64,000 bases of DNA from Takakia lepidozioides (taxonomy: Eukaryota; Plantae; Bryophyta). The stretch is from contig CM060732.1 of the NCBI GenBank assembly GCA_030704615.1, positions 58,652,001-58,716,000 of the forward strand, given 5' to 3'. The notes beneath the pieces were generated by a model, which did no database searches, had not been told where the DNA came from, and saw nothing but the letters and a program-made list of their open reading frames with translations. The number at the start of each line of letters is the position of its first letter. Position 1 is the first letter of the stretch. Shown piece by piece: positions 36,366 through 48,109 of this stretch. Made by a program: the position numbers and the translations under genes.

Positions 36366-36490
36366 AACACAATATGCATACGAGAATGTGGGTTGCTCCA
36401 GAATTTCCTCAGGAAAGAAACAAAACAGGACATCATTACACCCTGCATTAGAGTTCAGGAATAATCCTATTCACTTTTTGAGGATGTAAA

Positions 36491-39400
36491 CAGTACAATA
36501 CAGTTCAGTGTACTCATAAGACATTGTTTGCCGTAGCCTTGTGGCCATTGACCCCGCGCCCAGTTTGAGCGGAACATAAAGGGACAGAAACTACCTTTGT
36601 CAGGGGCTGACGCCGGTAGTATGATTTACCTTGGAATAAACAGTTGATCCGAGATTTCCAGATATCCTCCAGAAATCCCTTCACACAAGCATCAATCTGA
36701 TGTGTGTGATTTGCCCAATAGCTAGACCCCAAAAGGGCCTGGGCTTTTGTCTCAGCCTCAAGATTTTCAAAGTTGTTAAACAGAGGTACAGGCACAATTT
36801 CTTTGATGGAATTGAAGAGGGTGTCCCGTTGGTGAGAGTACCCAGGACAATGAATCAGGAAGTGAATATTGTCTTCAGGTTGCCCACACAACAGGCACTT
36901 ACAATCCCCCTTTCCTCTCTGCGACTGTTTGTTGTTCAAAGGTAGGCTACCCGCCCTGAGTTTGAATTTCAGTCTAGTGCCGAGGGTGGGTAGACCCTTG
37001 AGGTCATCCATGATGGCCTCACCCATGTCACAGACTGGAAACAGGTTCAGGGAAGTTTTCTTCCTAACTTCATTTTCTTCAGACAATTTCCTGGCAATAG
37101 ACATGGCTTTGGAAACTTCAGCTTCTAAGCCAGATTTATCCAGCAGGGTCATGGCTAGTGGACTAAGATTCAGATCCTTGAAAATCTCTTCTACCCTCTT
37201 CCGCCAGGATTTAGCCTGTTTGACAGGGCGGTCCTGCTTTCAAGATATAGAGTCGATTAACTTAGGATATCTGGTATTAGCCATACGTTGCAGCTGAGCC
37301 CACCATCTGATTTTGAATTCATCGCTTCGGGAGCTTAAGGGAGGAATGCCAAACCCACCGTGAACAGCCACATTAGCTGTTTTGGAGCATTCCTTGAGAC
37401 TTGGATGGATTCAAGAGACTTAGCCTGGTTGGAGTTATCAACCCATACAGCAGATGCATACTCCAAGGCCAGCCTGATAATGCGGCAAAGCATGGTTTTT
37501 ATTACTTCAGAGTTGATCCCTCTGCAGTGGAAAAATTTAGTGAGACCCAGCGCTTTGCGTTTGCCAGATTGAACCACTCTTTGAATATGTGCTTCCCAAT
37601 TACTGTTGGAGGAAAACTCAACGCCAAGATAGGTGTAGGAGGGGAGAACAGGAATCTCTTGGCTTCCCCACTGCCACTTGAGGCCGCCTCCTCCTCCCCC
37701 CCGGTCGTTGAATGCCACCACTGTGCATTTACTGACATTGGCCTCTAGCCCCCAAAGATCAAAGTATCTCTTCGCGCAATCTATCCCCTGGAGGTTGGAA
37801 GGAGTCTCCCCTATGCCTGCGAAGTCATCCGCAAACATAAGGGCTGGTATGGTGGCATCACCCACCCTTAACCCAAATCCCTCACTTTCCACATCCTCCA
37901 GTAGTTGATTGATGAAAACATTGAAGAGCAGAGGGGAGAGGGTACATCCTTGAGCTACACCTTGGTCTTCTGTCCATTAACAGTGACACAGCTTTTAGTG
38001 TGAGCATACAAGTTATGGACCACTCTCCACATCTTTCCCTTGATCCCGGAAGACCAGAGTCGGAGCCATAGACAGTCTCTCCACACAGTGTCATAGGCCT
38101 TTTTGACATCCAGGAAAAAGACAAAAGTAGGTTTCCCCTCTTTTTTCCTTCCCTGGATAATCTGGCTGAGTGTGGAGATATGATCCACGCAGCCCCTGTT
38201 TCGCCGAAAGCCAGCTTGGCCTTCATGGAAACAACCTCTGGACTCCAGATCAACCTCGACATGAGTACTTATAACTCTGCAGAATATTAGAAGCGTGATG
38301 CCCCGATAGTTACCCGGCTCTTCTCTGTCACCTTTCTTATAGAAATTGACAATGACCCCCTGCCGCCAGCGAAAGGGGGTAATTTCATTCCTCCATATAA
38401 GGTTAAAGAGAAGAACAAGGGCCTCTATCATAGGGTCACCACCATGCTTGATAAGCTCATTGACAATGCCATCAGGGCCACCAGCTTTGTATCCGTCTAG
38501 ATGCTCAATTGCTTCCGCAATCTCAGAGGAACTAATGGGAGCGTTATAACCCTTGGAAATATACTCCAGTTCATCAGGGCTGTCTTGAATCATAGACACG
38601 GTTCTTTCTACTGTGTCATTCCATTTTCCAGAAAACCCCTCGCTACTAGAATTTCTGCCAAGTGTACTGTAGTGGGTTTCAAAGGTGTTGACAATGTCAG
38701 CCGTTGAAGTCACCACTGAACCCTTAGGGGTCCTCAGCGCTTGTACTTGCTGACAATTTTTCGGCTTGTACAGACGTTGAAGGGCCAAACAGAATTTCTT
38801 GTCATTACCACCGTGGTGGTTTGAGTTTATTTCCCCGTATAACTTATCCCAATATAGTTTTCTTCTGAGACCTTACAAGCTGATTGATATCTTTGCGGAG
38901 CTGGTAGTACCTAACCCAAAGGTCATTATTGACTTTCATGAGAGCACTCCGAGGGCTCGTCTCTCGGCAATCTTGAGCTTGATCACATTGGTCAGCTCTA
39001 CCGCAGACAATTAGTTTTCCTCCCAATGATCTTTTCAGCCACAGAAGAGACGAAACTCTCCCAAGAGTCCACCGCTCTTTCGACTTCATTTCTTGCATTG
39101 CCAGCGCGAGATTGACGGTCTTGGAGCGAATGGACAAAGTTGGGCAGAGCCTCTTGCAAGGCCTGGACATACTCAGCCTTGACCTCTTCATTTCGGAATT
39201 TTTCAATGCGCCACTTCTGGATCGAACATTTCACAGATCTCTTGGTGTTGGGGAAACACCTTTTTACATCAGTCCAAACCAGAAAGTGGTCAGAGGTACC
39301 AATATCATTTCTGTCAATTAACACATTGGCGCACTGGGGAAACAGATTCTTGTCCACTATGATATAATCCACAATGGATCGTTCCCCAGTTTGGGCTTTC

Positions 39401-39573
39401 TCACGGGTCCACTTGACCTATTGTTCAGGTTCGAAAGCTGAAGCTCTTCCAGACAGTTAATTAACCGTCTTCCATTAGAGTTCAGCTCGTCCTCACCAAA
39501 AGGTCCGATGATATCATCCTGGTGAAGACCTTTACCCACCCGGGCATTGAAGTCACCCAATAAGACCACCTGA
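36491..39573 (-). mobile_element. Decayed LINE copy 3 (5'-truncated within APE; RT; C-terminal CCHC motif)
   Basis: VVLLGDFNARVG, GTSDHFLV, QAGFRRNRGCVDHI, FFLDVKKAYDTV, LMFADD, YTYLGV and CLLCGQPEDNIHFLIHC. It has the same 3' terminus as copy 1, followed by ACTGA/ACTGT/ATTGT pentamers. Confidence 0.93.
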
Positions 39574-39874
39574 ATAGGCAAGCTTGCGAGAATTAGGGCC
39601 ATGTCTCTGCTCTCTACTGAGGTTCTTTGCGACTCATAATAACAAAGCATACTCAGTGCTCTGCAATTCCTGCATTTCTTTTTACCTTCTTGGGCCAAAG
39701 GCAAATAAGACCGCCCTCACCACGTCTAGGGTTCGAACTGCGTCCGCCAAGAATAATGCAAGATGACATCTGTTATAGAGACTTGGCACCTTTCTTGTAG
39801 GGCATACCTAGCTGCCAGAGATAGAGATTTCACACTCAACGACGTATCCTTCCGTCCATCTTCAGCGTAAAAAC

Positions 39875-40513
39875 CAGTGTTGGACCGGTATATAGGTCTG
39901 GGGCGGGTATCAACTGGGGTAAGGGTAATGGTATGAAGGATCATACCAGGCGGGTATGTGCAAGGGCAAGACCCCACAATACACTGGTGGGGCAGGGTAC
40001 ATGGACTTCTAAAACCCTAGCGCAAACCAGACCAGTCTAGTCTTCTTCTTTGCGCTACCACTCCAATACCATGCATGCGCTGCCTGAGGGAGAGGATGCA
40101 AGGGGCGGGTTTAGGGTAGTTTTCATAAGGGATACTAATATGGTAGGGGTACTAATTAGGGATGCTAAATTGTTTTAAGAGGAGTAGATGAAATGCAATG
40201 TGTTCTTTGAAGCACTAGTTTCACTTTTTGAACTATCACCTGCTACCTAGTTAGAAAGAACTGGCAAAATGTAATTTTGATGTACATGAAGCTGATACCA
40301 GACCCTGGCACATGCCAGGCTGGTATGACTTTTTAAATTTTGTTTTATACCATACCAGTCAGATTTTCAGTTTGATACCATACCATATACCATACCAGGC
40401 TGTCAAATTTACACATCATTTGATACCAGTACCATACTGGCTTGAATAATTCAACTCTATCCCAATACCATTACCCCAGTGGTATCAAAAAACCATGATA
40501 CCAGTCCAAACTG
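39875..40513. mobile_element. Non-autonomous hAT-type element (639 bp)
   Basis: TIRs CAGTGTTGGACCGGTAT and ATACCAGTCCAAACTG, a perfect 8-bp TSD GTAAAAAC at 39867-39874 and 40514-40521, and GGTAT/ATACC subterminal motifs. Confidence 0.9.
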
Positions 40514-41155
40514 GTAAAAACCTACGGGTCCCCTCTCAAACAATCACAAACAAATGCAAGCATACATACCCTAAATACTCTTAAGCCTATGCTGAACCAC
40601 AGCCGCATGGCTGCCCACGAATGACGGCGGACATCTCCCGCCTAATGACACACCCTCCTCAAACCTAATCGTCACTCACTGCATGTTGTTTGCCTCTCTC
40701 TTTGTACAAGTCGCAGCTACTCGCCCCCATTTGTGCTATGAAGCTTATGAGAGCTATAGGAAGGTCAGAGGATAAGGCGAATCGCAAGTTTAGTGGGTTG
40801 GTAACCAAAGTCAGGAACTAAACTCACCCATCTATCGACTGCTTGAACGTTGCTTCCATATGGCAACAATCCGGCGCTCTCGGAACTTCTCGTACTCAGT
40901 GAGAGGGACTGTCACTTCGAAGACCTTCCGCTTCACCATGGACACTCAGAAACGATACTTATAGTATACTATAGATATAGAAATAGCACATTGGCAGCTG
41001 GTGCAAAACAAGAGACAATGCACTGTGTATAGCATGCAAAGAGGGAAGGGGTGACGTTCAAAGCATGTACAGTGCAGGTGGCGACCGGATGCGTAGGCGT
41101 AGAATAGACCGTCTATGGCGAATGGAAGAAGTTTATACCATAAGGGCATACAAAA

Positions 41156-43103
41156 ATGCTATGCAACTGCGATGAGTGTCATGGAGGAAAACTACTGTTG
41201 TTGGAAACAGTGAGGAATCATTACATGATACACGGGAGGGATCCTCTTCTCCGACATTGTTCTCTTCTGGTACGATCGTCACTTTCCCTTCAGCACTTTA
41301 GTTTGAATTTTGAATGCAACGATCATCTTCTCCACATGTCGACATTTCGTTGGGTGATTGTAGTCAAGAAGTCATAAGATACAGACGTGACTATGACTAC
41401 GTCACTTCCGTTATCACTTTAATTAATGCACATGTCGTGTTTTCATTGGTCATGTGTAGTCATGTAGTCATATATGACTAACTAAGTGACTGCAACTATG
41501 ACTTCAATGGCTACAAATGTCGTGTTTTGATTGGGTGTATATTCATAAGATACATACGTAAATATGACTGCATCACTGCAACGTCACCGTGCCTCCCATG
41601 TCATAATATGAACAAGTGTCACATCATTGTTGGTCCACTCACAAGATGACTATGGGGTGCATGGATGTGAATATTTAGATGATGAAGACGAAGGCCCTGC
41701 GGCACAGCGGGAGCCCAATGTCACAGAGAACGCAGATGAGGGTGGTGGATTGGAGGTAGAAATCCAGCGTGCATTGCAGGAAGCGTTTTTCTTTGCAGAT
41801 GCAAACAGAGAGGACCCCATTCATGGTGGAACCGATCACACATTTGCCGATCATGACGATGACCTCGACGATTCCGGAGACAATGAATTTGATGAGAATG
41901 CTCACCTACATGTCCCGAGTATGATAAACTCTTTCGACAGTCGCGATGTCCACTTTTTGAAGGATGCTCGATCAACCGGCTACAAGCAACTTTGACGTTG
42001 CTGAACACATGCACTACCCACAAGTGCACCAATGCATTTGTGGATGAGCTTCTGGGATTGTTGCATAAGAGTTTTTTGTCTAAAGAGAATTCATTGCCAA
42101 AAACTCACTATGAAGCAAAAACCATGATTGCCAAGATGGGATTGCAATACACCATGATTCATGCCTGTGAGCGTGGTTGTGTACTTTTCCGTGGGGAGTA
42201 TGAGAATGTAGACATTTGCCCAATGTGCCACAGTTCCCGTTACATTCCAAGTCGTGGAAGTGTGCCCAAGAAAGTATTGCGGCACTTCCCTGTCATTCCA
42301 AGGTTGAAACGTATGTACCGATGTAAATCGATCGCTAACCTCATGACATGGCACGACAGACATAAGAGCCAGGATGGGTTGGTTCGACATCCAACTGATA
42401 GCAAAGCATGGAGACACATTGACACCACATTTGGGGATTTTGCTGCAGAGCCACGATCTCGGCGATTTGGATTGGCCTTAGACGGTGTAAATCCCTACGG
42501 AGCTCAATCCACAAGTTGGAGCACATGGCCCATCCACTGCAGGGTCGGAAACTTCCAGTGGAAAAGACCACATTGTCCTTATGCTCTCAGATGCATTCCA
42601 GATCGGTCAATTACAATCTGCCTCCGTGGTTAATGACCAAAAAGTTCTTTGTCATGTTAGCGCTACTGATTCCTGGTAAGGAGTCTGTTACCCCGGACAA
42701 CGTAGATGTTTACCTGATGCCCCTAGTAGAAGAGCTATTGGAACTATGGAGAGGGATTGCAGCTCATGATGTTTCCCGTCCTCGTGGTCAACACGAATTC
42801 ACACTGAGGGCAGTGTTGATGTGGTCAATCCATGACTACCCTGCATATGGCTTGCTCTCAGGTCAAGTGACGAAAGGTTATGCTAGTTGTCCAGCTTGTG
42901 GACCCGGGGTGACTTCAGTTACACACATGTGGGAAAACTGTTTTCCTAGGCCACCAAAGATTTCTGGCCCGTAAATATCCATATAGAAGGTCAAGAATGT
43001 TCGATGGCATTACTGAGCATGGAACTCCTCCAAAAACGCAGACTGGAACACAAATCAAGGAGCTTGCAACAGCTCGCACTGCATGGGTGGAAAACGGAGG
43101 GAC
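41156..43103 (+). pseudogene. CACTA (En/Spm) TnpD transposase 5' half, truncated at a CACTA terminus
   Basis: Transposase-associated CNCDEC..VRNH..IHG segment, then IHACERGCVLF, LRHFPVIPRL, HPTDSKAW, LALDGVNPY, NYNLPPW and WSIHDYPAYG. Frameshifts are present. Confidence 0.88.
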
Positions 43104-44578
43104 CACTACAAGAGATGAGCGTTTTTAGGACTACGGGTTTGGCGGAGTCATAAAAACTGCACTAGGTACATGACTACAGAGCGCTGAAATGCATTACAGT
43201 TTTAGTTTTATGACTTTGTAGTAATGGATATCACTACATGACTCCGGAAAGTTAGGGAGCATTGGTCAAACATTGTTGACCATGATGACAGGGATGGTTT
43301 ATATGACTAGTGTGATATGTTTGACTGCACGTGGACGACGTTTCATGGAATCTTATGACTCCATGACTGAAGATGGTTTCAGAGCTCTATTTATACGACT
43401 ACATCACTACACGTGTCATTTTGAAGGCACATATAATGCAAATAAGGTTGCCCATTAGGTTTAAAAAAGTTAAAAATTTTGCTAATAAGGTTGCCCATTA
43501 GTGTAATCGTGAACAGAAAGGAGGGCTGGGACTTGGCGTCTTTTTGTCTCCTGCGCCACACCACATAGCTGAGGGATGGAACGCGGATAGAGGGATATGC
43601 AGGGGTGGATGGAGGCGTGAAATGATGCACGAAGGAGAAGAGGAGGAGGAGACGAGACGAGACAAGCGAGCTCGCCGTTCTTGGGAGAGTCAGCTTGGTC
43701 TTAGCAAGCGTGTTTCAATCTCTGACTACTCATCTACGCCATAGTGGTTCGATCTGACAGACCAATCCGACATTACCTGACTACAGACACAAGCAGCACA
43801 CACAAGAGGTCATCGGTCAAATCCTCCATGGGTCAGGACAGGTCAAGGACAATGTGGTAGGGCACCTTCTTCTTCAACCTATTTCAGCCTGTGTTGCCCT
43901 CTCATCAGACTCGGCCGCAAGATGCATATTGAATTCTGTAAGTTAGGTCGTTGGGTACATCTGTGGTGGTTTGGAGTGACTTTGGCAAGTTACTGCCAGT
44001 GTGGCAGCAGGGAAGTATCCAAAAACATATAATAGAGGTGAGGAGAAGCTTTGGGGTGAACACTTTCCGACCCCAATGGTGGGACAATGGAGACAAAAAG
44101 GCGAATGCCTGTTGGACTACAGAGAGAAGTAGATGCATTTCAGATTGTGATAAGTAGGGTTGGGGTGTTTTGGGGAAGAACTGCACACCAGTATGGTTGG
44201 GGTGGGAAAGCCGGCTGGCTGGAGGTCTAGTCTCACTTTCACTCATCTAATGTCAGTGTTGTATCCATTGCAATATGGAGATGTTTGAAACAACATTGGA
44301 GCATTTCCAGAGGATGGTCTGGATGGCCTTTCGTGGCGTGTGCTGAATCCATGGCAAGAAAACATTGCAGGCAAAACCCATGGCAATGGTACCAGCACGG
44401 GTTGGTCCAAAGCCAATTGCAACAACAAATGAATAAAGGGTGCTGAAAGGAAAGCACTCCATAATTGATCATAAAATCCAGTGTCCAAGCATGATATCTT
44501 AATGGGAATGTGAAGGGAGTGTTACCACCTTAAACTATCATGCATGGTCTATAACTGGAGTGCACAAATCGCGCATAT

Positions 44579-47500
44579 CTAATCTTCATCATCCTCATCT
44601 ATGTCTGGGTCACTACATGTATCACTGTCTTCATCACAGACTTCATCTTCTCCAAGGGTTGGCTGAACATCATCACCACGTATACGGGGTGCTCGGAGGT
44701 ACAAGGAGGCCACCTGCTCTGGAGTAACCGGTACCGCTCGGCTGCATGTTGGGCCATCAGTAACCACAGTCTCCTCTAGTCTTTGTGGGGCTAACATCCT
44801 TCCACTTCCGCCACATCATCATTATCAATTGATATGTCGCAGACCACTCTACGTGCTCGGGGGCTCTTCTCCAGGACGACTTTCCACCCCGGCTCCTTCA
44901 CACAATCAGAAAAAAACACTTGATCAACCTGGCCAGGAAACACAAAAGGTTGCTCAGAAGGTGGAAGCATACGGTTAAAATTGACAAGTGTGAAGCCAGC
45001 ATCATCTTGACGACCCACGCGACTCGCCCGTACCCACGAACACAAAAACACTATAGGCTGTGTTTGGCCATAGTCAATTTGCAAAATCTCCCTTATAAGA
45101 CCCACATATCTTGTAGGTTCCTCCATGTCATTGCCTGAATTGTTGGTAATGGGCTGGTGCTGGAAAACAGATGAGACTCCACAATCAAAAGACACCATAC
45201 TTGTTGTGTTCATGCCGGGGGATGTAACCCTGTAATGGTTACCATACGCTGTCATACTCTTGAATGACAGGGCAGTAAATGATGGAGGCCTTGAAAGATC
45301 CAGTAATTCCTCACGTGTTGTAGGATCAAGCCCATCTGATTGAATTGAGAGATGATCCCGTACACCTTGAGGGAGCCAAACAGCAAATGGAGGACAAGGA
45401 TGCAAATCAGGAGGGTACTGAATTGCCGTGGGATTGCTCATGCCTTCCAGCCCTTGCTCCTCACGAAACAAGCGTCGTCTGGCTTCTATCCGTGTGGACT
45501 CTGCTTCATATATCCTGTCACAATCCGAGGGTCAGCCAGGAGATTGACAGAGGTGGCGTGGGAGATTTGAAAAGACGCCATATGCCAACTAATGATAAAT
45601 GACTAAAACTTGGAAATCTGAATGTCAATGAAGTAGATTTCTTACCCCAACATGACTGATAGACGAGGATGGTTCTGAATGATGTACTCATGTACAATAT
45701 CACACAGGTCATTCAATTTTCGGGCTTTAGAACTTCCTTCCACAACTTCACGTTCCACAGATTCTGCCTCATCTGCATCCCACACCCTTCGTACACTTCC
45801 ATCAAATCCTGCCATATACTCTGTGCAAAAACCCAATGCTTCTTCAAATTGGTATCCTTCTGCCATGCTCCCCTCGGGCCTTGCCATGTTTCTTACGTAG
45901 CCCTCATATCTTTCATTGCCCGCTCCATGGGGTACATCCAACGAGATGCTACGGGCCCGCATAAGTACAACTCATCCACTAGGTGAACAACCAGATGTGT
46001 CATCACATCAAAAAATGATGGTGGGAACTCCTTCTCTATAAGACACAGAGTGAGAACTGCTTCAGTTCTCAATTCCTCATACTCTACAGGATTCACCACT
46101 TTTGCACACAACTTCTTAAATACACGACATACTCGCAAAATGGCCCTTCGAGGACCACTTGGCATGAGCCCACGGATAGCAAGCGGTATAATTTGCTGCA
46201 TGAGCACATGATAGTCATGTGATTTCATGCCTGACAACTTCTTCTTCACCACATGCTTTTTGAAAGCTGATGCGTAGCCTGTTGGCACTTTCAAGTTCTG
46301 CACAATCTCCAGAAAGACTTGTAACTCAGCCTCAGTGAGGACATAAGGGGCAGGAGGCATAATTAACGTATCTGCTCTGTCAGGATCACGTTGTAGCCAC
46401 AATTCGGGCGCATCCCAAGTAGCTCCAAATCACGGCGAACTTTCAATGTGTCTTTCTCACCAAAGATAGTTTTAATAATATTTTCAGCCAAGTTCTTCTC
46501 GCAATGCATTGCGTCAAACGTGTGGCGGATGAGGAGACCCTACAAAATGAACACATAAGCAATTGAGCATTTACTCATCACAATTTAAACAGAAAACGCA
46601 AAAATGTACACAGCCAATTTAAAGGCCATGAAGGAATTACCTCCCAATAAGGTAAGACATATAAAATTGACAATCGCTTAACTCCATGAGTTTTTGCTGG
46701 GTCTGTCCTGCTATCTGGCGTCCCTCCGTTTTCCACCCATAGTGCGAGCTGTTGCAAGGTCCTTGATTTGTGTTCCAGTCTGCGTTTTTGGAGGAGTTCC
46801 ATGCTCAGTAGCGCCATTGAACATTCTTGACCTTCTATATGGATGATTGCGGGCCAAAAATCTTCGGTGGCCTAGGAAAACAATTTTTCCACATGTGTGT
46901 AACTGCTGTGAAGTCACCCGGGTCCACAAGCTGGACAACCAGCATAACCTTTCGTCACTTGACCTGAGAGCAAGCCATATGCAGGGTAGTCATGGATTGA
47001 CCACATCAACACTGCCCTCAGTGTGAATTCGCGTTGACCACGAGGACGGGAAACATCATGAGCTGCAATCCTCTCCATAGTTCCAATAGCTCTTCCACTA
47101 GGGGCATCAGGTAAACATCTACGTTGTCCGAGGTAACAGACTCCTTACCAGGAATCAGTAGCGCTAACATGACAAAGAACTTTTTGGTCATTAACCACGG
47201 AGGCAGATTGTAATTGACCAAGAGAACGGGCCATGTGCTCCAACTTGTGGATTGAGCTCCGTAGGGATTTACACCGTCTAAGGCCAATCCAAATCGCAGA
47301 GATCGTGGCTCTGCAGCAAAATCCGCAAATGTGGTGTCAATGTGTCTCCATGCTTTGCTATCAGCTGGATGTCGAACCAACCCATCCTGGCTCTTATGTC
47401 TGTCGTGCCATGTCATGAGGTTAGCGATCGATTTACATCGGTACATACGTTTCAACCTTGGAATGACAGGGAAGTGTCGCAATACTTTCTTGGGCACACT

Positions 47501-48100
47501 TCCACGACCTGGAATGTAACGGGAACTGCGGCACACTGGGCAAATGTCTACATTCTCATACTCCCCACGGAAGAGTACACAACCACGCTCACAGGCATGA
47601 ATCATCGTGTACTGCAATCCATCTTGGCAATCATGGTTTTGTTTCATAGTGAGTTTTCGGCAATGAATTCTCTTTAGGCAAAAGACTCTTACGCAACAAT
47701 CCCAGAAGCTCATCCACAAATGCATTGGTGCACTTGTGGGTAGTGCATGCGTTCAGCAACGTCAAAGTTGCTTGCAGCCGGCTGATGGAGCACCCTTCAA
47801 AATGTGGACATTGCGACGCTCGAAAGAGTTTATCATACTCGGGATCAACGTGCAGGTGAGCATTCTCATCAAATTCATTGTCTCCGGAATCGTCGAGATC
47901 ATCGTCATGATCGGCAAATGTGTGATCGGTTCCACCATGAATGGGGTCCTCTCTGTTTGCATCTGCAAAGAGAAACGCTTCCTGCAATGCACGCTGCATT
48001 TCTACCTCCAATCCACCACTCTCATCTGCGTTCTCTGTGACATTGGGCTCCCGCTGTGCCGCAGGGCCTTCGTCTTCATCATCTGAATATTCACATCATG
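44579..48100 (-). pseudogene. CACTA TnpD transposase (Transposase_21, DUF4218-like and DUF4216-like regions), frameshifted
   Basis: LRFGLALDGVNPY, STWPVLLVNYNLPPW, LSGMKSHDYHVLMQ, FPPSFFDVMTHLVVHL, GPVASRWMYPMER, PEGSMAEGY and PFVFPGQVDQVFF. Confidence 0.92.
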
Positions 48101-48109
48101 GAGGTGTTT

